From Candidatus Zhuqueibacterota bacterium (lineage in GTDB: Bacteria; Zhuqueibacterota; Zhuqueibacteria; Residuimicrobiales; Residuimicrobiaceae), in NCBI GenBank assembly GCA_963169875.1, contig CAUJEL010000040.1, forward strand, positions 93,570 through 157,569: DNA of 64,000 nucleotides, in the 5' to 3' direction. Shown here piece by piece: positions 10,443-20,754 of this stretch (position 1 is its first letter; each line of letters begins with the position of its first letter). A model generated the notes under the pieces. The model ran no database searches and was not told where the DNA came from. It was given only the letters and a program-made list of their open reading frames with translations. The translations under genes and the position numbers were made by a program.

Positions 10443-11788
10443 TATCCTTCTTTCTCCATTAAGGTCAGTGTGTTGCGCAGGTTTTCACCATGATCGATTT
10501 TCGAGGGGCACACATAGGTGCAAAGCGCCAGATCTTCTTCCACCAATTCAAGACAGCCGAGTTTCTCGGCCTCTTCGACATCGTTGATAGCCAGAGAGCG
10601 CAATAGCGGGGTGGCGAGCAGATCGAGGGGCATCACCGCCTCATAACTGCCGATTGGCACGATGGCGCGTTGGCCGCCGTTGAGCGCCGTGGTGAATGCA
10701 AATTTTTTACCGGGGAACAGTTTCGAAGCGACGATGTTTTTGATCGAATAGAGATCAACACCCAGGCTCAACCAGCCGAGGAAGCGGCGTTCTCCGCCTT
10801 CGCGCAGGGCCGTGACCTGCTGATGGTAGCGGCCGAGAAAGCTGTTAAAGGGGCCGGCCATGTGTCCGGTGAGCACGGAACCGGACAAGAGCCGATGCTG
10901 ACCGTCGGCCAACTCGCCTTCCACAAGCGCTGTCAGATCCGCGCCGAGCCGCGTGCGCAGCAGGCGTGGATTTTTCACCGAAGGCCCGGCCAGAGAAACA
11001 ATGCGGTCGACATCGAGCCGGCCGCTGGTGAAGAAGCGTCCGATGGCGATCACATCCTGGAGGCCAATGTGCCAGACGGTTTTGTGGCGGTCCACCGGAT
11101 CAAGAAAATGGATGTGGGTTCCGGGCAGGCCGGCTGGATGCGGACCCGCGAAGGTTTCGAGGGATATTCGTTCGCCGCTGACTTTGACGCCGGCCTCCGG
11201 CTTCGCGCAAACATACACGCGGCCTTCCGTGAGGTGCGTCAGCGCCGTCAACCCGTTGTGGAAATCTTCTTCACGGCCACGGAGAATCACGGCCATGTCC
11301 GGCGCCAGGGGGTTGGTATCCATGGCATTGACAAAGATCGCGTGCGGCTCGACGTCCGGATTCGCCACTCTGCCGTAGGGCCGGGCGCGCAAAGCGGTCC
11401 ACAGTCCGGAATCGATGAGCTGCTGGCGCACTTTTTCACGGCCCAGGCGCGCCAGAGCGGGCGCGTTGTGCGCCTCAAAGGGGATTTGTTCATCCCCCTG
11501 CAGCTCAATGACGACGGCGATAAGCGCACGTTTATCACCGCGATGTATGGCGCTGATAGTGCCGGCGCCGGGCGCGGTATATTTGACGGCCGGCATTTTT
11601 TTGTCGCTGAACAGCACCTGGCCGGTTTTGACCCTGTCACCGACGGCCACTTCCATGGTCGGCTTCATGCCGACATAGTCCTGACCCAATAAGGCGACCT
11701 GCTTGACATTTTTTCCATCATGGACAGCCTGTTCAGGCGTTCCACTCAGGGGGATATTCAACCCCTTTTTGATTTTTATCAATCCCAT
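10442..11788 (-). CDS. nqrA: Na+-NQR subunit A
   Basis: [43 protein letters not shown]. Confidence 0.97.
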   Translation of the reverse strand: MGLIKIKKGLNIPLSGTPEQAVHDGKNVKQVALLGQDYVGMKPTMEVAVGDRVKTGQVLFSDKKMPAVKYTAPGAGTISAIHRGDKRALIAVVIELQGDEQIPFEAHNAPALARLGREKVRQQLIDSGLWTALRARPYGRVANPDVEPHAIFVNAMDTNPLAPDMAVILRGREEDFHNGLTALTHLTEGRVYVCAKPEAGVKVSGERISLETFAGPHPAGLPGTHIHFLDPVDRHKTVWHIGLQDVIAIGRFFTSGRLDVDRIVSLAGPSVKNPRLLRTRLGADLTALVEGELADGQHRLLSGSVLTGHMAGPFNSFLGRYHQQVTALREGGERRFLGWLSLGVDLYSIKNIVASKLFPGKKFAFTTALNGGQRAIVPIGSYEAVMPLDLLATPLLRSLAINDVEEAEKLGCLELVEEDLALCTYVCPSKIDHGENLRNTLTLMEKEG

Positions 11789-12253
11789 AGTTTTCTTTCC
11801 GACTCCGAGGTTGTGCTCTCCTTCACGTTTTACAAGAACTGCATTTTTCATGCAGGGAGGATTTTTGTACGGCAACGAGTCATGATTCGACCGCGGGGCA
11901 AATGGCACATAAGTCCTGTACAACCATCACCCCAAAATCTTTTTTTCACGCCCTAAATTATCACATTTTATTCAATAATTCAATTTATTTGTTTTTTTTT
12001 ATGCAGACCATGCGAAATATTCACACAGGTTCTTGCGTGGGGTGGCGTCGTCCATGCACGTCACATCTTTTGGGGAGTTACAGGGATTGCACGTTATGAC
12101 CAGGTAAAAAACGGAGGGGTATAGTACCGGGATGGAGGAGACGATGGACTAAAGAGGCCAGGCGGGCAGTAATAGACAGAAACTGATTTTTTTCACGACG
12201 TATAGGCGACTGCCAGGAGACCATCTCGACCCACACGCAGTGATGTGCACGAC

Positions 12254-13528
12254 CTAATTCATATTTTTCACAGGGCAGACATTGCCGGGATTCTGAAAGT
12301 TGCACTCGCCCCAGGAAGGACACCAGGTGCCACAAATCAGCGTCGCCGCATCGATTTCCGCCACGCGAACCTGTTTGAGTTCAAAAGCGGCTGGTACGCG
12401 ATTTTTGCAGTCCAGCAGATCATCACACATCTTTTCCACATACTGACAAGTCGTGCTGGAGGCAGGGGACAATTGGATCAGGGAATTGCTTCGCACCGCT
12501 TGACGCAGGGCCATATCAAACGGGACTGCACCGGCCAGCATGAGTTTAAAGCCGACTTCCTGCTCCAGATGAAGATTGAGCAGTTTCATGTCCTTCAAAT
12601 ACGTCTGGTCCGTCACCTGATTGAAAATGATGCGCAAGTTAAAGCTGCCGACGATGCGGCGCATCAACTCTTCGGCGGGCAAATCCAACGCCTGCATATG
12701 CTGGATGGCCTGGTGCAAAAGCGGCGCATGCTCATTCTGAACGAATTGCTCATCCAGCCCGCGCTGACTCAGACTGTCCACAGCCAGTTGCAGTTTCTGT
12801 TTGACGATGGTTTTGATGAATTTGGAAAGATTTTCCAGTGCAGTGGGTTCCGGTGAAGTCACCACCAGGTTCAAATCGGAGGTGAGAAAGTAGCCCAGTT
12901 CGCGAAAATCGGTACGCGGGCCAAAATCGAGCAGCACATATTCAGCGTCGAGTTTGCGCAGGGCGCGGACAAAATTTATGCGGCGGAGTATGGTGGTCTC
13001 TTCCGCGTCATGCCCGTACTCGGGCGCGGTGATCAGGCGAATATTTTCAATAGAGGTGGGCAAAGCTGCTTTGACAAGACTTTCACCCTGGTCCACGAGA
13101 TCCCAGAGATTGGGTGATGAGTTGCGCATGCCAAAAAGCTGCCGCTGATTGGCGCCATCAAAATCGGCGTCCACGATCACCACGCGCCGGCCTTTGCGTG
13201 CCAGGGACATGCCGAGCAGGGTGGTGAGTACGGATTTACCGACGCCGCCCTTTCCGCCTGCGATGGACCACAGCTTGGCGCGGCGGAGATGTCCATTGTT
13301 GCGGATGAACGGCTGCATCCCCTGTAAATAACCAGCCAATTGATGATGTTGTCCATTGGTGATGATGTCGTTGGGATAGAGCAATCCTTGCAAACCCCAC
13401 AACGCCAATGCGTAGGAGCTTAACGGGCCGATGTGGCCATCCTTATGCTCAATAGACCACATCCGCGTCTGTCTGCCAAAAGTTGCCGTTTTCATAGTGC
13501 GCCATTTTGAAACAATGTACTGAAACAA
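12254..13528 (-). CDS. MinD/FlhG-family ATPase with C-terminal Cys cluster
   Basis: AGGKGGVGKS, DADFDGAN, SPEPTALEN; C-terminus CGTWCPSWGECNFQNPGNVCP; start codon uncertain (13495 possible). Confidence 0.85.
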   Translation of the reverse strand: MFQYIVSKWRTMKTATFGRQTRMWSIEHKDGHIGPLSSYALALWGLQGLLYPNDIITNGQHHQLAGYLQGMQPFIRNNGHLRRAKLWSIAGGKGGVGKSVLTTLLGMSLARKGRRVVIVDADFDGANQRQLFGMRNSSPNLWDLVDQGESLVKAALPTSIENIRLITAPEYGHDAEETTILRRINFVRALRKLDAEYVLLDFGPRTDFRELGYFLTSDLNLVVTSPEPTALENLSKFIKTIVKQKLQLAVDSLSQRGLDEQFVQNEHAPLLHQAIQHMQALDLPAEELMRRIVGSFNLRIIFNQVTDQTYLKDMKLLNLHLEQEVGFKLMLAGAVPFDMALRQAVRSNSLIQLSPASSTTCQYVEKMCDDLLDCKNRVPAAFELKQVRVAEIDAATLICGTWCPSWGECNFQNPGNVCPVKNMN

Positions 13529-13712
13529 ACCACAGTGCCAACTAAATCAGACCCACCTCTGACGTGGCGCCTGGCAGTAATTAAAAATGCACCACGTTAA
13601 ATAACAGAATAACAACACTTCCCTGAGCAGCCATATTCCCTGTATGGATCGGATATGGATACTCCCCATCTCCGCGCAAAGATATGCAAAGTTCATACCA
13701 AAATAAAAAAAA

Positions 13713-14816
13713 TTATCTCGTCACCCCCAGGCAGGTGCCGACCGCCTCAGCCACGTCGAGCATGGGAGAATCCAGAGGTACTTTCCGGGTTCTCCCGCCC
13801 ACTTCTTGCAGCGGCACGGCGACAATCTGATCGCCGCGCAGAGCGACCATCTGGTTCAACCGCCCCTGCACCAGAAGATCGGCAGCGCCGACGCCGAACC
13901 GGGTTGCCAGGATACGGTCATAGGCTGTCGGCGATCCGCCGCGCTGCAGATGTCCGAGCACGGTGGCACGGGTTTCCAGTCCGGTGCGGTCCTCAATTTC
14001 GTTGCCCAACTTTAACGAGATGCCGCCGAGGCGGACCGCTTCCACACTGTCCTTGACGATGCGGCTCACCACCAGCTCCCCGCCTTTGGGTTTGGCGCCT
14101 TCGGATACGGCAATGATGCTGAAGCGGCGGCCGATGCGGCTGCGTTCTTCCACCTTTTCACAAATAATATCCAGATCATATTCCAGTTCCGGAATCAGAA
14201 TCACATCAGCGCCCCCTGCTATCCCTGCCCCGAGGGTGAGCCAGCCCGCATAACGCCCCATGATCTCCACCAGCATGACGCGATGATGGGATTGCGCCGT
14301 GGTGTGGATGCGATCTATGGCCTCAGCGCCGATGGAAACAGCCGTATCATAGCCAAAGGTCACATCCGTGCCGTAGAGATCATTGTCGATGGTTTTCGGG
14401 ACGCCCACGACCGGCACGCCATGTTCCATCAGTTTGCGGGAGATGGTCATGGTGCCGTCGCCGCCGATGCAGACGATGGCGTCCAGTTGCCATTTTTCAA
14501 TATGTTTGAGCGTTTGCTCAGAGAGATCGACGATGACGATTTTGCCGTCTTGCATGACAGGATTGCCAAAGGGATTTGCCTTGTTGGACGTACCCAGAAT
14601 GGTACCACCGCTTTGTAAAATGCCGGAAACATCGCCCCATTTGAGCTCCCGCATCCGATTCTCGATCAGTCCCTGGAACCCATCCTCGATGCCAATGACG
14701 CTGATGTGTTTTTTCACCATCAGCGACTTGGCCACGGCGCGAATCACGGCGTTCAATCCCGGACAATCACCGCCTCCGGTGAGGATGCCCACCCGTCGCA
14801 AGGATCCTGTTGTCAT
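13713..14816 (-). CDS. pfkA: 6-phosphofructokinase (ATP-type GGDG)
   Basis: TGGGDCPGLNAVIR, GGTILGT, IGGDGT, PKTIDND, EIMGRYAG, LGHLQRGG. Confidence 0.96.
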   Translation of the reverse strand: MTTGSLRRVGILTGGGDCPGLNAVIRAVAKSLMVKKHISVIGIEDGFQGLIENRMRELKWGDVSGILQSGGTILGTSNKANPFGNPVMQDGKIVIVDLSEQTLKHIEKWQLDAIVCIGGDGTMTISRKLMEHGVPVVGVPKTIDNDLYGTDVTFGYDTAVSIGAEAIDRIHTTAQSHHRVMLVEIMGRYAGWLTLGAGIAGGADVILIPELEYDLDIICEKVEERSRIGRRFSIIAVSEGAKPKGGELVVSRIVKDSVEAVRLGGISLKLGNEIEDRTGLETRATVLGHLQRGGSPTAYDRILATRFGVGAADLLVQGRLNQMVALRGDQIVAVPLQEVGGRTRKVPLDSPMLDVAEAVGTCLGVTR

Positions 14817-14892
14817 TGAAACACCTCCTGTATATGTCTGCGAATTATTCATCCGGTTAATGTAGCATTTTTTCCCGGCAAATCAAAATAAA

Positions 14893-14927
14893 AAGCCCCG
14901 GACAACCTGCGACGGTTGCCCGGGGCT
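14893..14927. terminator. GC-rich hairpin terminator after fibre gene 1
   Basis: AAGCCCCGG...CCGGGGCTT with an A-run on the left (T-run on the minus strand). Confidence 0.7.
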
Positions 14928-15029
14928 TGTATGAAAATATCCGGGTGATACCAGGAGAAAATCGCATCCAGGTTCTAGCTTGCAAGCCAGGGGGCACCTG
15001 GATACGAGAGATTCATGCCAGGCCTCAGG

Positions 15030-16784
15030 TTACGGCTTGACATACTCCACATCCAGTGCGGCCACATCCTTGCGCACCGCCTTGACTTCCCAATAGAATT
15101 TCTGATCATTTTTGCCACCGGGGGCGGTTTTGACGGTAAATTTGCCCGCCGCGATAGCGCCATCCACATAGAGCGGTGACCAGCCGTTTTCGCAGGTGAG
15201 CTGTACCGTGCGCTCCTCTGTGCGGGTCAGTGCTTCGAAATATTCCGGCAACGTGACAACCGCCGCGCCGTTGCTCAATTCGGCTTTGCCGCGATAATAG
15301 ACGCCAGCTTCCGCTCCTTCCAGACTCGCATGCACCAGGCGACGGCCTTCATCTTCATAACGCGGATCGGCGATGTCGAAATTCTTGGTGCCGCTGGCGG
15401 AGAGGTTCCCGGTGATGGTCACATTGCCCCCGAAAGTTGATGCCCCGCCGGTGTTGATGCCCCCATGGTCAATGGAGAAATTCCCATCCGGATGAAAAAT
15501 AAACCAGCGTTGTGTACCATCTGTGCGCTGAGCAATCACGCAATAAGGATCCGCTTCACCCAGCCGATCATGATCATTATAGAGGTGCCATTTAACCGCA
15601 CCTTGATTGTAAAGGCGCATGCCGGTATCGCCATTCAACTCTGAATTTGCATCCAGATAGATGAAATTGCCGGGCCAGCCATTGGAGACGATATGAATGG
15701 CGGCCTGCGGACTGGTCACACCGATGCCGATGCCGGCTTCCTGCTCCATGAGCAGATTCATGACGCCCGCGGTCTGATTCACCAGCCATAGATTGGGTTG
15801 ATTGTTCGAATAGGAATGAATGGCAAGGTAGCCGTTTGTGGTATTAAATTGCCCGATGTCGAAGTCATAGGTTGGCGTGACCAGATCAAAGGGATCATTC
15901 AGACGCAGCTGGGCATATCCACCTCGCTTTATTTCAAGGCCCGTTGTGGGCGCGGTGGTGCCAATGCCGAGGCGTTCATTGGTATTGTCCCAATACAAAT
16001 CCGCATTGGAAGTGATGGAAGTGGTCCCATTCCAGAACGCCACGCGGGTTGCGGCACCGCTGCCGCTCACATAGGTTGGCAGCGTTACCGAATTGCCATC
16101 GAGAATGGACAAGGTGCTGCCCGAAATGCTTAAAGTTTGATTGTCCCCGTCCCAGACATTGGCGGGCAGGGCGCGCGGGACAACATCTCCAAAGGTGGTT
16201 TTGCGCACCAGAACATTCATATCCGCGGTCGTTGCTGTTCCCAATGTACCGGAGAGTCGCAAGGTACCGGTGCTATGAATACTGGCTTGCGGAGCCGTCA
16301 AGCCAATGCCCAGGCGTTTGTTGGTGTTATCCCAATAGAGAGCCGCATCAGAGCCCAATGCGCTGGCGGAGCTCCAGAATGCCACGCGCGTGGCAGCGCC
16401 CGCACCACCAACGCCAGACGGAAGGGTTACCGAGTTGCCATCAAGAATGGACAGCGTCGTTCCAGAGATGCTCAATGTCTGATTGTCCCCATCCCAGACA
16501 TTGGCGAGCAGGGAACGCGGCAGAACATCACCATCGCTCTGGCGCACCAGGGCAGTCATATCCGCGGTCGTTGCGGTTCCCAACGTACCCGCCAACCGCA
16601 CCGTTCCACTGGTATGCAGCCGCGCGGCTGGCGTGGAAGTACCGATACCAATACCTACGTCTCCTCCCTGGGTGATGTTCATAATGACACTGGGCACTGA
16701 ATTCTTGATCTGCAACTGTGCGAACATAACCTGACTGGCCAGCAGCAGTACGATCAAAAAGTAGAAAAAGAGATCTTTACGCAT
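15030..16784 (-). CDS. Secreted phage-tail-fibre-like repeat protein 1 with chaperone-like C-terminal domain
   Basis: Signal peptide ...MFA|QLQIKNS; GIGT-x-x-P repeats; two about 113-aa tandem units; C-terminal SGTKNFDIADP..LVHASLEGAEAGVYYRG. Confidence 0.8.
   Translation of the reverse strand: MRKDLFFYFLIVLLLASQVMFAQLQIKNSVPSVIMNITQGGDVGIGIGTSTPAARLHTSGTVRLAGTLGTATTADMTALVRQSDGDVLPRSLLANVWDGDNQTLSISGTTLSILDGNSVTLPSGVGGAGAATRVAFWSSASALGSDAALYWDNTNKRLGIGLTAPQASIHSTGTLRLSGTLGTATTADMNVLVRKTTFGDVVPRALPANVWDGDNQTLSISGSTLSILDGNSVTLPTYVSGSGAATRVAFWNGTTSITSNADLYWDNTNERLGIGTTAPTTGLEIKRGGYAQLRLNDPFDLVTPTYDFDIGQFNTTNGYLAIHSYSNNQPNLWLVNQTAGVMNLLMEQEAGIGIGVTSPQAAIHIVSNGWPGNFIYLDANSELNGDTGMRLYNQGAVKWHLYNDHDRLGEADPYCVIAQRTDGTQRWFIFHPDGNFSIDHGGINTGGASTFGGNVTITGNLSASGTKNFDIADPRYEDEGRRLVHASLEGAEAGVYYRGKAELSNGAAVVTLPEYFEALTRTEERTVQLTCENGWSPLYVDGAIAAGKFTVKTAPGGKNDQKFYWEVKAVRKDVAALDVEYVKP
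15969..16649 (-). repeat. Two tandem intragenic units (339 and 342 nt)
   Basis: GIG..HxxGTxRLxGTLGTATTADM..ANVWDGDNQTLSISGxTLSILDGNSVTLP..GAATRVAFW..LYWDNTNxRL occurs twice. Confidence 0.9.
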
Positions 16785-16966
16785 ACTCGAATCCTTTCCA
16801 AAGAGTACACCATCTCCCCCCGTGAGAAACATATGAATGACACGTGTAATAAATTTATTACAGTCAATTACAATTGACCGGGATAGCAATGACGATTTAT
16901 TGTGTTGATTATAATTGAGTTGATTTGTGTCGAACGAGAATTGGAGGATATCACAGAAGTTAAGTA

Positions 16967-16982
16967 AGCAATAAATGTGCCG
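16967..16982 (-). promoter_or_regulatory. Sigma54-type promoter of fibre gene 1
   Basis: Minus strand CGGCAC-ATTTA-TTGCT. Confidence 0.7.
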
Positions 16983-17063
16983 TTGCCATGGTTGCGGCCC
17001 CCCATGGGTTGCGACATCTTCTTGACCCTCACAGCCTGCAGAGACGCCGCATCCTGGCAAAGC

Positions 17064-18239
17064 CTAGAGAAGTGGATTGCGTATCTCCGTCACCTTGCCG
17101 TCGCGCAGGTAGACGCGCGGCAGCCTTCTGCCCCAGCGCGCCAGCACCTCATAGGAGACCGAATCGATCTTGCGGGCGATGTCATGGGGCGAAATTTCTT
17201 CGCCGCCTTCCCGGCCCATGAGCGTGACCTCATCGCCGGGGCGCACGTGCGGAAAATCCGTGACGCGGACGAAGCAGGCGTCCATGCACAAGCCGCCAGC
17301 CAGTGTGGCGCGGCGGCCCTGAATGAGCACCTCGCCGATATTGCGCAGTTTGCGGTCATAGCCGTCCGCATAGCCTATGGGCAGCACGGCGATGCGCTCC
17401 TCTTTTTCGGCCATGAAACGGCGGCCGTACCCCACCGTGTCGCCGCGCTGGATGGTGCGCAACGCCGCAATCCGCGTCACAACCCGCGCCGCCGGCTGCA
17501 ACTGAAACGGCCGGTTGACATCGCTGGAGGGATAATAGCCGTAAAGCAGCAATCCGACCCGCACCATGTCGAGATGCGCCTGCGGCAAATCCAGAACCCC
17601 GCCGCTGTTGCACATATGCCAGAGGGGGATTGAAATGCCTTTTTTCTGCAGCGTCGAGCGGATGGCTTTGAAGCGCTCCATCTGCAGCAGCGCAAAGCTC
17701 TTGTCCAGGCCATCGGACATGGGGAAGTGCGTCATCGCACCCGCCACGCGGATACTACGAAAATGAGAAAACGCTTCCACGGCCGCAATCGCATCGCGCC
17801 AGGATACCCCGTAACGGCTCATGCCGGTGTCGACCTTGACATGCACCACAGCCTCTGTGCCGCAGGCAGCCGCTCTGGCATTCAGCGCTTGCATGACGTC
17901 GGATTGAAACGCCATCTGTTCGAGATGGTATTCGACGACCGCCTCTGCCTGGTCCGGGAAAATGGCGCCCATGTTGAGAATGGCACAGTGCACGCCGGCG
18001 CGGCGCAGTTCAATCGCTTCGTCCAGGGTGACCACAGCCAGCCGCTGTACGCCCTGCTGCTCCAGCCAGCGCGCCACCTCGATGGCGCCCAGGCCATAGG
18101 CATCCGCCTTGACCACCGCGCACAATTGCACCGCGCCAAGGTTGGCGCGCACCTGCGCCAGGTTGGCGGCAATGGCATCCAAATCCACTTCCATCCAGGA
18201 AGGACGGTAAAAGTACGTTTGCGATTGTGTTTTTGACAT
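17064..18239 (-). CDS. alr: Alanine racemase
   Basis: AVVKADAYGLG, HVKVDTGMSRYG, MVRVGLLLYG, VGYG, PIGYADG, GGLCMD. Confidence 0.96.
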   Translation of the reverse strand: MSKTQSQTYFYRPSWMEVDLDAIAANLAQVRANLGAVQLCAVVKADAYGLGAIEVARWLEQQGVQRLAVVTLDEAIELRRAGVHCAILNMGAIFPDQAEAVVEYHLEQMAFQSDVMQALNARAAACGTEAVVHVKVDTGMSRYGVSWRDAIAAVEAFSHFRSIRVAGAMTHFPMSDGLDKSFALLQMERFKAIRSTLQKKGISIPLWHMCNSGGVLDLPQAHLDMVRVGLLLYGYYPSSDVNRPFQLQPAARVVTRIAALRTIQRGDTVGYGRRFMAEKEERIAVLPIGYADGYDRKLRNIGEVLIQGRRATLAGGLCMDACFVRVTDFPHVRPGDEVTLMGREGGEEISPHDIARKIDSVSYEVLARWGRRLPRVYLRDGKVTEIRNPLL

Positions 18240-18428
18240 CTTGATCCTCAGCACCGGTTCCATTCCAACCACTTAACCATTTTCAAACCGTGCGTTTACA
18301 TGAAAAATACGCAGGCACGAAGCTCATGAGAGCACAGGGCAGGTTACGGCGTTTTCTTATCGCCACAATCATGCCAGCCAGGGAAATATGAAGGCCGGTT
18401 ATTAATATTCGCGGCGCTCAAATCAGAG

Positions 18429-19730
18429 TCACGACAGATTTGCATGACGAATGCGTTTCACGACGCCCGGCAGATAAAAAGAGCGGCTGAGCAGCCGCAA
18501 GTTCGGCCACGCCGCGCGCAGAAAGAAAAGACCGCCATAAGCCGCCGCCGCATAAGAGATAACTGTTGCCAGGGCGGCGCCTTTCAATCCCCATAACGGT
18601 ATTAAAAACATATTTAACCCGATATTGAGAACCGCACCGCTGAAGTGCAGCAGCAAAAGATAGCGTTGCCGGTTCTCGGCCAAAAACCAGCGGCTGCCGG
18701 CCTGCGACATGAATACGAACAGCAGCGACGGCACATGCCAGCGGATGACCGCACAGGCGGGCAGATAATTTTCGCCATAGAACCACAACAAGAGCCGGGG
18801 GCCAAACAACCACAACGCCCATGCGATGAACATGCCGCTCCAGATCATCAAGTCGTAGAAATACTGCAGCCGCCTTTGATAGCGCGCTTCGTTCTGTGCT
18901 TTGGCGGTCAAAATCGGCGGATAAAAAGTGCTCGTCAGCGCCGCGGGGATGAAAAAAAGAACCTCGCTGACCCGCACCGCCGCGCTGTACTGTCCCACGG
19001 CATCCAGTCCCAGCCAATGCTGCAGCATGATCTGATCCACTTTCAGATAGGCTGCAATGGCGATGCCGGTGAGCCATACCGGCCAAGCCTCTTTGCACAG
19101 CGAAAAAGCGATTTCACCCTTCCAGCGCCAGGCACGAATATGCTGCCCGAGGCGGTGATAGTTGAACACCAACCCCAAGCCGAGCAAAACCGATTCCAGC
19201 GTCAAAACCAGGGCAAAATAAAAAACCGGGGCTTGGGTCAGAATGAGTGCCACTTTGCCCAGCGATGAACACAGCAGCGCGATCACCTTGGCCTGCACCG
19301 AAAGCAGCGCGGCGACGCGATGCTGAAAATAACTGTCGATGATGCCAATGGCCGGCGAGATCAGGCTCAAGGACAGGATGATGATCATCCCCTGGACCGG
19401 ATCGATCATGGGCCGGAATACGAGCACGAGACAGAGGAGCATGAGAAGCAGGAGCGCAGCCAGCAGGCGCAGGAAAAAAGCGCTGCCCATCCAGAGATGG
19501 TGCTGATTCGGGTGGCGAATCAATTCGCGCACCAGAATCGCGTCCAGGCCGAGCGTCGCAATGGGCGCGCACAGACCGACAATGCTCAGGGCGTAGCTGT
19601 AAGCGCCGTAGGAAGCCGGCCCGAGGTAGCGCACCACCCAGATGCCAACGGTGAAGCCGATGCCGAGTTGCACGGCGCGTTCGGCAAAAATCCACAAGGT
19701 ATTCTTTGCGTATTTACGTGCATTTGTCAT
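18429..19730 (-). CDS. Polysaccharide flippase (Wzx/MOP family)
   Basis: 433 aa multi-TM; VVRYLGPASYGAYS, KVDQIML..GQYSAAVR. Confidence 0.9.
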   Translation of the reverse strand: MTNARKYAKNTLWIFAERAVQLGIGFTVGIWVVRYLGPASYGAYSYALSIVGLCAPIATLGLDAILVRELIRHPNQHHLWMGSAFFLRLLAALLLLMLLCLVLVFRPMIDPVQGMIIILSLSLISPAIGIIDSYFQHRVAALLSVQAKVIALLCSSLGKVALILTQAPVFYFALVLTLESVLLGLGLVFNYHRLGQHIRAWRWKGEIAFSLCKEAWPVWLTGIAIAAYLKVDQIMLQHWLGLDAVGQYSAAVRVSEVLFFIPAALTSTFYPPILTAKAQNEARYQRRLQYFYDLMIWSGMFIAWALWLFGPRLLLWFYGENYLPACAVIRWHVPSLLFVFMSQAGSRWFLAENRQRYLLLLHFSGAVLNIGLNMFLIPLWGLKGAALATVISYAAAAYGGLFFLRAAWPNLRLLSRSFYLPGVVKRIRHANLS

Positions 19731-19914
19731 TGTAACCTGGTCTGGTCATAAACCGCCGCGCGTGGAGCCTGCCCGGTTGCTTTCGTTTGCATCATCGAAC
19801 AAGTTTTACTTTGAATTTAGTCTCGGTCATTTAGTCGGCGTCGATACTTTTTATGTTTTTCTCTTTTTGCGAAACACGCATTCCTGGTGAAAGGCAATTC
19901 AGGTTGATGCCTTT

Positions 19915-20754
19915 TCAACGGTGTTGCTGTTGTTTTGCAGCAAAGACATACAGTGTGTATTCTCCAAGATTCCAGAACGGTGTATGGTTGAGCAAGCCAT
20001 CCAGCCGCCACAACATTTTTCCCAGCCGGCCCTGTACGGGGATGAAACGGTGCCGGTACCAGGCCGGGTAAATGATGGAATAGCCGCGGCGTTTGATGAG
20101 CCGGGCGTGCGGAGCAAAGAGCCTTTTGATCTCGCTGGCTGAGCGGCACATGCTGTCCAGCGGCCGTTCCGGCGCATATCCCGCCCATTTTTGCGTGACG
20201 CGTGCCAGCGCGCGTCGCGGCCGGCCCCTGAGAAAATGCCACAGGATATCGAACAAATACCAGCGGTTCACAAAGGTGAGCACCATGACGCCGCGGGGTG
20301 AAAGCACCTCTGCAAGCGCCGCTGCGGCCGCGCCCAGATCAGTCACGGTATTGAGGGCTCCGAAATAGCAGTAGACCAGGTCAAAGCGCTGCCCGGGGAA
20401 CAGGGTTTTCAACATTTCGGGGGTGCCAGTGGCAGCCCGGACGTCGACCGCATCGAGCGCAGCCAGCTTTGCCTGCGCCTGATCCACCATGCCCGGTGAG
20501 ACATCGATGCCGCGCCACAGCAATTGAGGATATTTGCTGGCATAATAAAAGAGGTCTATGCCCGGACCGCAGCCGATCTCCAGACCCGATGTGAAGGGAT
20601 AGGTCTCGGTGATTGCGCGAAAATCAGTGCGAATGCGCTGCAAAATGGGATTGTTGTCGTAATGCCTTTCAAACGCAGCGGCTTCCTGATCATAATAACG
20701 CGCCACCTCGGCATAATAGGCAGGGTCCTGCAAACCCGCTGACCGGCGTTTCAT
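19915..20754 (-). CDS. Class I SAM-dependent methyltransferase
   Basis: LEIGCGPG, GIDVSPGM, FDLVYCYFGALN. Confidence 0.9.
   Translation of the reverse strand: MKRRSAGLQDPAYYAEVARYYDQEAAAFERHYDNNPILQRIRTDFRAITETYPFTSGLEIGCGPGIDLFYYASKYPQLLWRGIDVSPGMVDQAQAKLAALDAVDVRAATGTPEMLKTLFPGQRFDLVYCYFGALNTVTDLGAAAAALAEVLSPRGVMVLTFVNRWYLFDILWHFLRGRPRRALARVTQKWAGYAPERPLDSMCRSASEIKRLFAPHARLIKRRGYSIIYPAWYRHRFIPVQGRLGKMLWRLDGLLNHTPFWNLGEYTLYVFAAKQQQHR

Noticed and set aside
4023-12090. 14-bp direct repeat GTTACAGGGATTGC flanking the nqr cluster (4023, 12077) as att sites
   Set aside because: Several exact 14-mer pairs are expected by chance in 64 kb; the match does not extend and there is no integrase or tRNA target.
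13520-13545. Sigma54 site upstream of the second MinD-like gene (TGGCAC-TGTGG-TTTG)
   Set aside because: The -12 element is out of register by one base.
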